Source: a virus (taxonomy: Duplodnaviria > Caudoviricetes). Taken from it: a DNA stretch of 64,000 nucleotides. The stretch spans positions 30,594 through 94,593 of IMG/VR virus record IMGVR_UViG_3300032237_000561; one strand, given 5' to 3'. Positions within the stretch are counted from its first letter, which is position 1. Each line of letters starts with the position of its first letter. Of the stretch, positions 57,179 to 64,000 are shown piece after piece. The notes beneath the pieces are model-generated. The model ran no database searches. It was not told where the DNA came from and saw only the letters and a program-made list of their open reading frames with translations. The position numbers and the translations under genes are program-made.

Positions 57179-57315
57179 TGGGCGAGTATCCGGCTCTATC
57201 CGATGATGACATCGAGGTCATTGCCCGCCAGCTCAAGGGGCGGATGCCGAGCAACATCTTCTTGCGCCATGTCACCATCACTACCGACGACTTCGAGACG
57301 GTGAGTTCGACATGA
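57178..57315 (+). CDS. Small hypothetical protein
   Basis: Coupled on both sides. Confidence 0.55.
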   Translation: MGEYPALSDDDIEVIARQLKGRMPSNIFLRHVTITTDDFETVSST

Positions 57316-57653
57316 TTGAAGCGAGGGCATTCGGAAAATCCTGGTGGTGTCATGGTGGCGGGGCAGCGACCCTGATCCTCATGATTGTCGTCAGCGTCTT
57401 CCGGGCACCTCGCGATCTGATCTTCTGGGCGGCGGTGGCCTTCTTCGCCGGGCATACCGCGATGGCCGTCCGCCGTTACCTCATCGAACGCGCGGCCCGC
57501 GCCACCGCGACGGTGACCCGCCACCACCAGACCCACACCGCCACTAATGGCGGCGGTGGGATCATCTTCACCCCGCGTCCGGCCACCAGCATCCTGGTTC
57601 CGTTGAAAATTAACGGCAATTCACTCCCGCAGCAAACAAAAAACCACCTCTGA
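57312..57653 (+). CDS. Membrane protein (two hydrophobic segments)
   Basis: ATGA overlap; LILMIVVSVF and LIFWAAVAFFAG. Confidence 0.6.
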   Translation: MIEARAFGKSWWCHGGGAATLILMIVVSVFRAPRDLIFWAAVAFFAGHTAMAVRRYLIERAARATATVTRHHQTHTATNGGGGIIFTPRPATSILVPLKINGNSLPQQTKNHL

Positions 57654-57741
57654 CCAGTCATGACTTCCGGGTGGCTAAAACTCGGCATGGTATACTGATG
57701 ATGTAGCACCCACCCACACCCACCACCCCGGAGGTATCCGC

Positions 57742-58032
57742 ATGAACCAAAAAAGACGCTTCAAATCCGACTGGACCCCCTCGATCCTGCGCGAGTTCGA
57801 GGTCTCCTCGACCGGCAAGACTTACAAGCTCCAGGCCGGAATGTGGGTCTCTGTGACCCGCCGACCCGGTCTGATGGCCGGACAGTACGAGGTCCTCTAT
57901 GCCGAACGGACCTCCGACGGGACGCTCCTCATCACCGCCGACGGCCCCCTGAGCCGTGAGCGTCGCCGTAAAACCATCCGCGAGACCGACATCAAGACCG
58001 TGCACGTCAAGACGCGCCCGAAGGGGGATTAG
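57742..58032 (+). CDS. Hypothetical protein
   Basis: GGAGGT RBS; TATACT -10 at 57691. Confidence 0.8.
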   Translation: MNQKRRFKSDWTPSILREFEVSSTGKTYKLQAGMWVSVTRRPGLMAGQYEVLYAERTSDGTLLITADGPLSRERRRKTIRETDIKTVHVKTRPKGD

Positions 58033-58041
58033 TCCCCCGGC

Positions 58042-58070
58042 TTGTGTTCATCCTGTAGCTCGTGTATTGT
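58042..58070 (+). promoter_or_regulatory. SigA-type promoter with spacer box
   Basis: TTGTGT-TCATCCTGTAGCTCGTG-TATTGT. Confidence 0.7.
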
Positions 58071-58105
58071 CGTAGACACACCACCCATCTACGAGAGGCA
58101 CGATC

Positions 58106-58267
58106 ATGACGAAGCAGTACACGACCCGCAACCTGACCGCCGACGAGACCGAGACCCTGATGCGGGAACTCCGTTTGGTCACCGGCGGCAAGACCGATCT
58201 GATCAACTCGGTGCTTCGCGTGTTCGCCGACCAGGGCCTCGGCATCTTCGTCGCCGAAGCCAAGTAA
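58106..58267 (+). CDS. 53-aa hypothetical protein (not in the ORF track)
   Basis: GAGAGG RBS; MTKQYTTRNLTADE... Confidence 0.7.
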   Translation: MTKQYTTRNLTADETETLMRELRLVTGGKTDLINSVLRVFADQGLGIFVAEAK

Positions 58268-58308
58268 CCCACCACCCACCACCCACCCACTACAGGAAGG
58301 CACGACCC

Positions 58309-58545
58309 GTGTCCAAGACCCCCGCCTACGCCCAGGCCAAGAAGATCACCTCGATGTCGGGCGCGAGAGCGACCCAAAAGCACATCGGCACCTTGCAGCG
58401 GACCCAGATGATCCTGCTCGCTCAGGGCGACGAGGCCAGCCGCCAGGCGGCGATGGTGATCGGCATGACCATCCAGAACTACCGCACCGAACTGCGGGCG
58501 TTCTACGACTCCGATGCCTACCCGTACCGGATCGTCGCCAGCTAG
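58309..58545 (+). CDS. Hypothetical protein
   Basis: AGGAAGG RBS; GTG start. Confidence 0.7.
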   Translation: MSKTPAYAQAKKITSMSGARATQKHIGTLQRTQMILLAQGDEASRQAAMVIGMTIQNYRTELRAFYDSDAYPYRIVAS

Positions 58546-58586
58546 TCCCCTCCACCCATCCACCCACCCGCAGGAAGGCACCACCC

Positions 58587-58931
58587 ATGACCGCACCGAG
58601 CATCACCCACATCGAGGCCATGAAGGCCAAGGCCGTCGCCACCCTGGCCCGCCAGGACAGCGTCACCGCCACCCCCGACCAGATCGAGTTCATCAAGTTC
58701 GAGGGCGTACTGGAGGACATCGGCGAAGGCCGGACCTATCTGTCCACCAACCTCGCCGGGCAGTACCTCATCGTCCGCGACGGTGAGACCGTCCTGGCCA
58801 TCTACAAGGTCCAGCTCCGGTTCGGTTCGCCCAAGGCCGTCCGGGACGAGCACGGGATCGTCAACTACGTCGTCGACTCGATGTCGTTCGGACTCAAGCG
58901 GGTCAAGCGCGCCCCAAAGGGACTCATCTGA
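58587..58931 (+). CDS. Hypothetical protein
   Basis: AGGAAGG RBS. Confidence 0.8.
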   Translation: MTAPSITHIEAMKAKAVATLARQDSVTATPDQIEFIKFEGVLEDIGEGRTYLSTNLAGQYLIVRDGETVLAIYKVQLRFGSPKAVRDEHGIVNYVVDSMSFGLKRVKRAPKGLI

Positions 58932-58947
58932 TGGCCACCTAACCTGG

Positions 58948-58976
58948 TTGCAATCAAGCTGTAGACCAGGTATCGT
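58948..58976 (+). promoter_or_regulatory. SigA-type promoter with spacer box
   Basis: TTGCAA-TCAAGCTGTAGACCAGG-TATCGT. Confidence 0.8.
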
Positions 58977-59015
58977 CCCGGACACAACCCCACCCACCCA
59001 CTGAAAGTAGGAGCA

Positions 59016-59309
59016 ATGCCCCACCTCGATGATCTCGACGCGAAGCTGATCAAACTGGCCCGCGCTGCCGCCGGTCACGCCGGTGCCCTAGGCGCGCGTG
59101 GCACGACGTTCAATGACGAGCTGCTGGCCGACGACGGTTCACGGGTCGCCATCACCGTCACCGTCACGGCGGTCGTCCACAGCACCGTCAGCCCGGCGGG
59201 CCTGTGGCGGATCACCGCCGCCAGCGACCCGGCCCTCGACGGCATGACCTTCATCCAGGCCGCGCTGCCGGGCCGGTCCACCTCGCATGCCGTTGAGGTG
59301 TCAGCATGA
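59016..59309 (+). CDS. Hypothetical protein
   Basis: AGGAG RBS. Confidence 0.7.
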   Translation: MPHLDDLDAKLIKLARAAAGHAGALGARGTTFNDELLADDGSRVAITVTVTAVVHSTVSPAGLWRITAASDPALDGMTFIQAALPGRSTSHAVEVSA

Positions 59310-59578
59310 TCACCCGCGTCAACCGCGACGAAGAGCTGGAGACCCTGGCCGTTCAGGCCGAGGCTGTCGCCGACGGACTCCATCGGATGATCGGCGAGCT
59401 GCGCGATCTGGCTGACCGGATGCTGTCGCTGGAACTCATCGACGACATGGGCGGCGACCGGGGATACAACTGGTCCCTGCAGTCCGATCTGGCCGGTGCT
59501 CAGGGCTTCGTCTACTCGACCTCCGTTAAGGCCCGCCAGGTGTCCCGGCACGCCCGTTACGGGAAGACCGACCAGTGA
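59306..59578 (+). CDS. Hypothetical protein
   Basis: ATGA coupling. Confidence 0.7.
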   Translation: MITRVNRDEELETLAVQAEAVADGLHRMIGELRDLADRMLSLELIDDMGGDRGYNWSLQSDLAGAQGFVYSTSVKARQVSRHARYGKTDQ

Positions 59579-59838
59579 CCCGCGCTCTTGCCCTCCTGGG
59601 GGCCGTATTGGCCGCTGTGGGCCTCGCTACGGGCGTGTACGCCCCGTCGGCGGGTGCACTGCCCGGCCAGTGCTGGAATAGCCCCTTCGGCGGCTACTGC
59701 GACACCGCCCCGATGTCGGACGGCAGCTTCCAGCACTGCCTGAGTTTCGGCGGATCGTCGTTCTGCACGCAGGCCTGCCACGACCCGGCCAGCAATCAGG
59801 CTCTGCCCACCGACATGGACCCCAACACCCCCTGCTGA
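59575..59838 (+). CDS. Small secreted Cys-rich protein (mycobacterial CDGP-like)
   Basis: Signal peptide ending APSAGA; GGYCDTAPMSDGSFQHC; six Cys. Confidence 0.7.
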   Translation: MTRALALLGAVLAAVGLATGVYAPSAGALPGQCWNSPFGGYCDTAPMSDGSFQHCLSFGGSSFCTQACHDPASNQALPTDMDPNTPC

Positions 59839-59849
59839 GAAGGAGCAGA

Positions 59850-60098
59850 ATGACCACCTCTACCCACACCGTCACGCCGAGCGTGACAAAGCTGTTCCAG
59901 CGCAAAGGCGTGGCTGGGCAGTTCGCTGTCCAGTGCACGGTTACCTACCCTGGCGAGGAGCCGCGCACCATAGAATTCGTCGGCTCCTCCTACGGCGGGC
60001 CGGTGCTCATGGTGACCGAAACCAGCGAGACCTGGGTCACCGAGCCTGGCCGGTTTGGCAAGTTTGGCAAGGGCTGGGTTCGGCGGTTCTTCGAGTGA
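59850..60098 (+). CDS. Hypothetical protein
   Basis: AAGGAG RBS. Confidence 0.75.
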   Translation: MTTSTHTVTPSVTKLFQRKGVAGQFAVQCTVTYPGEEPRTIEFVGSSYGGPVLMVTETSETWVTEPGRFGKFGKGWVRRFFE

Positions 60099-60436
60099 GC
60101 GAGCTGGAGAACTCGGCTCGCGCTCGTGTGCGCTCGGTCCATCGCCCGTCGGCGAAGCACGACATCACCGGCACCGTCCGTAGGTCGATCACCAATTGGG
60201 GGTTCGCCCACTACATCAAGCTGAGTCAGCCCCCCGGCCAACGGTGCTGGATGTGCTATGACTGCTATGGGCCTACTGACGACATCCTGCCCGACAGCTC
60301 GTTCCTCACCGATGAGGAAATGGATGCCCGCAACGATACCCAGGTGGTCTACGTCCCGATGGACGACGATGCCTGGGCGCACATGCATGGCCTCAACCCC
60401 AATCCCAACATCGAAGACAAGGACGAAATCGTATGA
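60095..60436 (+). CDS. Hypothetical protein
   Basis: GTGA coupling; CWMC. Confidence 0.6.
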   Translation: MSELENSARARVRSVHRPSAKHDITGTVRRSITNWGFAHYIKLSQPPGQRCWMCYDCYGPTDDILPDSSFLTDEEMDARNDTQVVYVPMDDDAWAHMHGLNPNPNIEDKDEIV

Positions 60437-60618
60437 GCCGCAACACAATTAGCCAAGCCGAGATGCGCCGCCGCAGCAAGCAGGCCGAGATTCTCATCAC
60501 CGCCGCCCACACCCTCCGGCACTTCGGTCGATTCGAGCTGTCCGATGAGGTCAACCATTTGGCCGAGCAGGTCCGTACCGGGAAAGCCTTGCCGGACAAG
60601 AACACTGGGGAAAGCTGA
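60433..60618 (+). CDS. Hypothetical protein
   Basis: ATGA coupling. Confidence 0.65.
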   Translation: MSRNTISQAEMRRRSKQAEILITAAHTLRHFGRFELSDEVNHLAEQVRTGKALPDKNTGES

Positions 60619-60842
60619 TGGAATTCGAGGAGTGGCTGCGGATCGGCATGGAGAAGGGGTGGTGCGGCCCGGCGGTCTGTCAGACCCATGACGGGACCCC
60701 GACCACCGAGGCAGAGGACGAGGAGTTCGAGGAAGGCGACCCCTGCCTGCACATCATTCGTCTTTACGCCGATGAGACCACCCGTGAGGGTGTCGAGCGC
60801 AACCACGCGCCGTCCGTCTGGCGACGCACCAATATGGGCTGA
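60618..60842 (+). CDS. Hypothetical protein
   Basis: TGATG coupling; CQTHDG...GDPC. Confidence 0.75.
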   Translation: MEFEEWLRIGMEKGWCGPAVCQTHDGTPTTEAEDEEFEEGDPCLHIIRLYADETTREGVERNHAPSVWRRTNMG

Positions 60843-60843
60843 T

Positions 60844-60873
60844 TTGCGTTTCATGCTGTAGTGCGCGTAACAT
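60844..60873 (+). promoter_or_regulatory. SigA-type promoter with spacer box
   Basis: TTGCGT-T-TCATGCTGTAGTGCGCG-TAACAT. Confidence 0.7.
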
Positions 60874-60907
60874 GAATCGCAACCACCACCACAGGAAGCG
60901 AGAACAC

Positions 60908-61084
60908 ATGATGGCACTCATCATCGGCGCGACCGTCTATGTCAAAGACGACGACGGCAAGAAGCACGAGGCCACCATCACGGGCATCACCAAGCTCTTC
61001 GGCCCGTTCCGCACCTACGAGGTCGTCATCGAGGACAGCGGCCAGATTCTCAACCTCATGCCCGAGTCCCTCACCAACGCCTGA
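60908..61084 (+). CDS. Small SH3-like hypothetical protein
   Basis: AGGAAG RBS. Confidence 0.7.
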   Translation: MMALIIGATVYVKDDDGKKHEATITGITKLFGPFRTYEVVIEDSGQILNLMPESLTNA

Positions 61085-61122
61085 CCACCACCCACCGATC
61101 CACCCACCCGAAGGAGAAACCC

Positions 61123-61443
61123 ATGAGCGACAAGCTCTATGTCGTCCGCCTGACCAACGGCGGCTCGATCCAGTGCACCATCGAGGCCAAGGCCCGTGCG
61201 GCCTTCGCCAAGAATCCCGGCTCGACGTTGGGCTGGCAGCCATTCCCGTCGCCGGTGAAGATGCCGTGGATTGACGGCGGCGACTACACCTTCGCGCCCG
61301 CCTTCGATGGCGACGGCGTGGTGGCCACCTACACCCCGCTGGGCGTGTCCGGCTGGGGCGACGACGCGGGCGAGGCGTACTCGGCCATGCTCCGGGCGAT
61401 CCGGGCGCACCTGGAGCGCGAGACCGAGACGGTGATCGCGTGA
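61123..61443 (+). CDS. Hypothetical protein
   Basis: GAAGGAG RBS. Confidence 0.75.
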   Translation: MSDKLYVVRLTNGGSIQCTIEAKARAAFAKNPGSTLGWQPFPSPVKMPWIDGGDYTFAPAFDGDGVVATYTPLGVSGWGDDAGEAYSAMLRAIRAHLERETETVIA

Positions 61444-61712
61444 AGACTCCCCGCTACACCTTCGACCCGATTGCCAGCAACAACCTGAACGGCAGTTTCA
61501 CCGTGAGCCGCCGCAACGAGATCACCGGGTACTACACCACCTGGTACGTCGAGCCGGATTCGACCAGCTCCACCGGCTGGCGCATCTGGCGACCCACGCC
61601 GTCCAACCGCCCGATGGTTATCACGCCCACCGGCTCGCTGGGCCGTCGTATCCTGGCCATCGTGACCGCGACCCAGGCCCGATTTAGTGATCAAGCTGTA
61701 GGGGGTGTATAG
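61440..61712 (+). CDS. Hypothetical protein
   Basis: GTGA coupling. Confidence 0.65.
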   Translation: MKTPRYTFDPIASNNLNGSFTVSRRNEITGYYTTWYVEPDSTSSTGWRIWRPTPSNRPMVITPTGSLGRRILAIVTATQARFSDQAVGGV

Positions 61713-61713
61713 T
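61685..61713 (+). promoter_or_regulatory. Promoter with spacer box driving a leaderless mRNA
   Basis: TAGTGA-TCAAGCTGTAGGGGGTG-TATAGT; ATG 7 nt downstream. Confidence 0.7.
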
Positions 61714-61720
61714 GAGTACC

Positions 61721-61954
61721 ATGACCACTTCCACGATCACCGTCACCAACGGCAAGACCCACACAGGCGACGACCCGCTCGAAATGCAGGTCGCTCTCCA
61801 GATGCTCGTCTCCGAGATCATGTTCGACGTGGACTGGACCGCCGAGGTCGTCCTCGCCGCGATCCTGGCCCAGCACGAGCTGCTCCGGGGCATCGACACC
61901 GAGCGGGTCAAGGCGACCCTCCGCGACGGCCTGAGCTTCCGGTCCATCGCGTGA
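61721..61954 (+). CDS. Hypothetical protein
   Basis: Leaderless ATG at 61721. Confidence 0.7.
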   Translation: MTTSTITVTNGKTHTGDDPLEMQVALQMLVSEIMFDVDWTAEVVLAAILAQHELLRGIDTERVKATLRDGLSFRSIA

Positions 61955-62304
61955 CCGAGCCGTCGTTGCCGGACCCACGGCAGCCTAGGGTCGTTTATCA
62001 GCCGCCCCTGGTGGATCACATCCATGCCGCCCTCACATGGGCCTACCGGGCCTCTCAGGCGGTCGGATCGCCTCGGTTTGTGGAGACCATCCGGCGGGCC
62101 TCGTTTTACTTCGCTCGCGCCGCCAGCCACGCCCATACGCCCGGCGAGGAGGCGGTCGTCTCCGGTCTCCAGTCAATGATTGATGGATTGGTCACCGCCG
62201 ACGCGGCGGGCCGTTACCTGCTGGCCGGTTCGGTCTCAGGCATGGATGCCGTCGAGGCATGCGAGTTCATTGAGATGATCGAGGCCGGGGAGAACCCGGA
62301 GTAG
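61951..62304 (+). CDS. Hypothetical protein
   Basis: GTGA coupling. Confidence 0.6.
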   Translation: MTEPSLPDPRQPRVVYQPPLVDHIHAALTWAYRASQAVGSPRFVETIRRASFYFARAASHAHTPGEEAVVSGLQSMIDGLVTADAAGRYLLAGSVSGMDAVEACEFIEMIEAGENPE

Positions 62305-62330
62305 ACATCAAGCTGTAGTACCTGTATCGT
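62302..62330 (+). promoter_or_regulatory. SigA-type promoter with spacer box
   Basis: TAGACA-TCAAGCTGTAGTACCTG-TATCGT. Confidence 0.8.
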
Positions 62331-62368
62331 CGAAGACACATCACCACCCACCACAGAAAGCAGGAGAG

Positions 62369-62686
62369 ATGAGCAAGACCTCGATCCGCGACTACCCGGT
62401 CGCTAGCCCCCTGAAGTTTCGCACCGTCCAACTCAGCGGTCACTTCTACGGGACCGACGCAAAGTTCTGGTACTCGATCCAGGCCCCGACCAACCAGTGG
62501 TACCTGGACGAGAACGATAACCGTGTCCTGCACACCGACTGGGAACTCAGCGTCTTCGACCTGACCCCCGGCGAGCCGGGCACGCACGCCTTCGACACCT
62601 ACAGCCGCCGGACCTTCATCCGTGCCACCAAGGACGAGGTCTTCCGCCTCGCCGCCGACCTGTCGGCCTTCGCTGCCAGTATCTGA
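62369..62686 (+). CDS. Hypothetical protein
   Basis: AGAAAGCAGGAG RBS. Confidence 0.8.
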   Translation: MSKTSIRDYPVASPLKFRTVQLSGHFYGTDAKFWYSIQAPTNQWYLDENDNRVLHTDWELSVFDLTPGEPGTHAFDTYSRRTFIRATKDEVFRLAADLSAFAASI

Positions 62687-62718
62687 CCCACCCACCCACT
62701 GAAGAATCGAGGAATGTC

Positions 62719-62964
62719 ATGTCCACCACCGTCATCGTCAATGTCCGGCAGCTCGACCCCGAGGATTACTACGACCAGACCGGTAATGCCGCGATGGCCA
62801 TCGAGCTGGCCGAGAAAAGCGGCGGCACCCAGACCGGAGGTGGGACCGATTTCACCACCGGCCAATCCGACATCGACTTCGAGGTCGATGTGGTCCAGGT
62901 GTTTGGCTTCACCGCCGCGCTGGAAGCCTTCGGGCTGATCTACAAAGTCTTCATCGACGACTGA
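62719..62964 (+). CDS. Hypothetical protein
   Basis: GAGGA RBS. Confidence 0.75.
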   Translation: MSTTVIVNVRQLDPEDYYDQTGNAAMAIELAEKSGGTQTGGGTDFTTGQSDIDFEVDVVQVFGFTAALEAFGLIYKVFIDD

Positions 62965-62999
62965 CCCCACCACTACCTGACAAGAAAGCGAGACCCGAA

Positions 63000-63263
63000 A
63001 TGCCCTACCTCCTTCACCGCCCGCTGATGAAGCTGGCCAACATCGCCGCCGGGACCGCCGACGTGCACATGCTCACCGACGACCCGGCGATGCCCGGCTA
63101 CGTCAACCGGCGGGTGCTCGGTTCGGTCTACCGGCTCGACACCGGCCAGTGGGTGCCCCTCACCCTGAGCAGGATCGCCCAATCGAAGCCGCCGACCTAT
63201 CCCCGGTTCCCGACCCGCCAGGAGGCCGCACAGGCCCTCGCTGACGGCAACGTCGTTTACTGA
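63000..63263 (+). CDS. Hypothetical protein
   Basis: AGAAAG RBS. Confidence 0.75.
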   Translation: MPYLLHRPLMKLANIAAGTADVHMLTDDPAMPGYVNRRVLGSVYRLDTGQWVPLTLSRIAQSKPPTYPRFPTRQEAAQALADGNVVY

Positions 63264-63295
63264 TCCACCCACCGAGAAGAAAGCAGGAAACCATC

Positions 63296-63967
63296 ATGAA
63301 GTTTGTCATCAGCGACCACCGGAGCGAAGACCGGAGTGCTAACACCCGGCGCGACATCACCGGCACGGTCACCGAAGCTCCGGCGAGTCTTCATCGCGGC
63401 CATTCGGAAAACTACGACCAGCGCAAGACCCGTGACAGCCGTCAGGCCGTCATCGACCTGGAGCCGGAAGACTACACCGGCGAGCTGGCCGTACCGCAGA
63501 TTATGAAGGGCCGCTCCGTCGGCAAGCACGGCGGTGAGTTCTTCGTCAAGCGGATTGTGGTCCAGCACTCCCGGTCCTACTCCAACGGCGACAAGGACGT
63601 GGACAACTGGGGCCGGTTCGGTGCCATCTACGTCAGTGGCCCCAACCGCCGGGCTGACGGCACCGAGGGGGCCAAAGACAATGGCCTGAAGTTCCCGAAT
63701 GTCCGCGAGATCGACGGCCCCGAAAACTGGACCCTGGAAGAGATCGAGACCACCTCCGTCCGGTACGCCGACGGTTCGATCCCGCCCTACCGGCTGAACA
63801 TGATCGGGACCCCGAAGAAGGTCCGGGTCGTCGACCCCCTGCCGGACTGGCTCGCGGCCATTGTGGTCCGGGTCCACCCCCGGACGGGGCTGGCCTTCGC
63901 CTACGGCGATGAGCACCGGTTCGGGGAGTTCGGACCCCAGATGGAGCTGCAGCTGGCCACGGTCTGA
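63296..63967 (+). CDS. Hypothetical protein
   Basis: AGAAAGCAGG RBS; 223 aa. Confidence 0.8.
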   Translation: MKFVISDHRSEDRSANTRRDITGTVTEAPASLHRGHSENYDQRKTRDSRQAVIDLEPEDYTGELAVPQIMKGRSVGKHGGEFFVKRIVVQHSRSYSNGDKDVDNWGRFGAIYVSGPNRRADGTEGAKDNGLKFPNVREIDGPENWTLEEIETTSVRYADGSIPPYRLNMIGTPKKVRVVDPLPDWLAAIVVRVHPRTGLAFAYGDEHRFGEFGPQMELQLATV

Positions 63968-64000
63968 CGGCTGACGCGAGGCCCCCGAGAAAATAACTTC

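Noticed and set aside
57700-63300. CCACCCAC repeats as a CRISPR array or integron attC sites
   Set aside because: The repeats are degenerate, non-palindromic and separated by whole genes; no integrase is present

Overview
A 64-kb segment of a large, GC-rich actinobacterial myophage. Its gene order and gene families resemble the Bxz1-like group (mycobacteriophage cluster C/AA, Rhodococcus E3-like); this is inferred from content and was not database-checked. Layout: (1) 1-24 kb is the contractile-tail and baseplate module, with a tail-tube end, a -1 frameshifted tail chaperone, a short tape measure, a hub carrying peptidoglycan hydrolase domains, a spike/fibre protein, gp25-like and J-like wedge proteins, and fibre proteins. 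(2) 24-32 kb is a mixed-strand accessory block with a winged-helix protein, a HicA-like protein, a metallophosphoesterase, an SF2 helicase and an RSE-type ADP-ribosyltransferase. (3) 32-50 kb is the replication/recombination module (DnaC, DnaB, primase, J-domain protein, SSB, DnaE, RecA, Hjc-like, Cas4-like, RusA, sigma-like). (4) 50-54 kb is one large YVTN/Calx-beta mosaic protein. (5) 54-64 kb is an array of small, probably early genes. No integrase, tRNA, rRNA, CRISPR array or reverse transcriptase was seen. The most notable signals are non-coding: a promoter-driven, highly structured ~420-nt RNA candidate at the head of the replication module; a structured, switch-like leader in front of dnaE; seven SigA-type promoters sharing an 11-bp box at a fixed position in the spacer; a CCACCCAC leader motif before about 16 genes; and a candidate late-promoter motif. 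Among the proteins, an aminotransferase-fold protein lacks its catalytic lysine.
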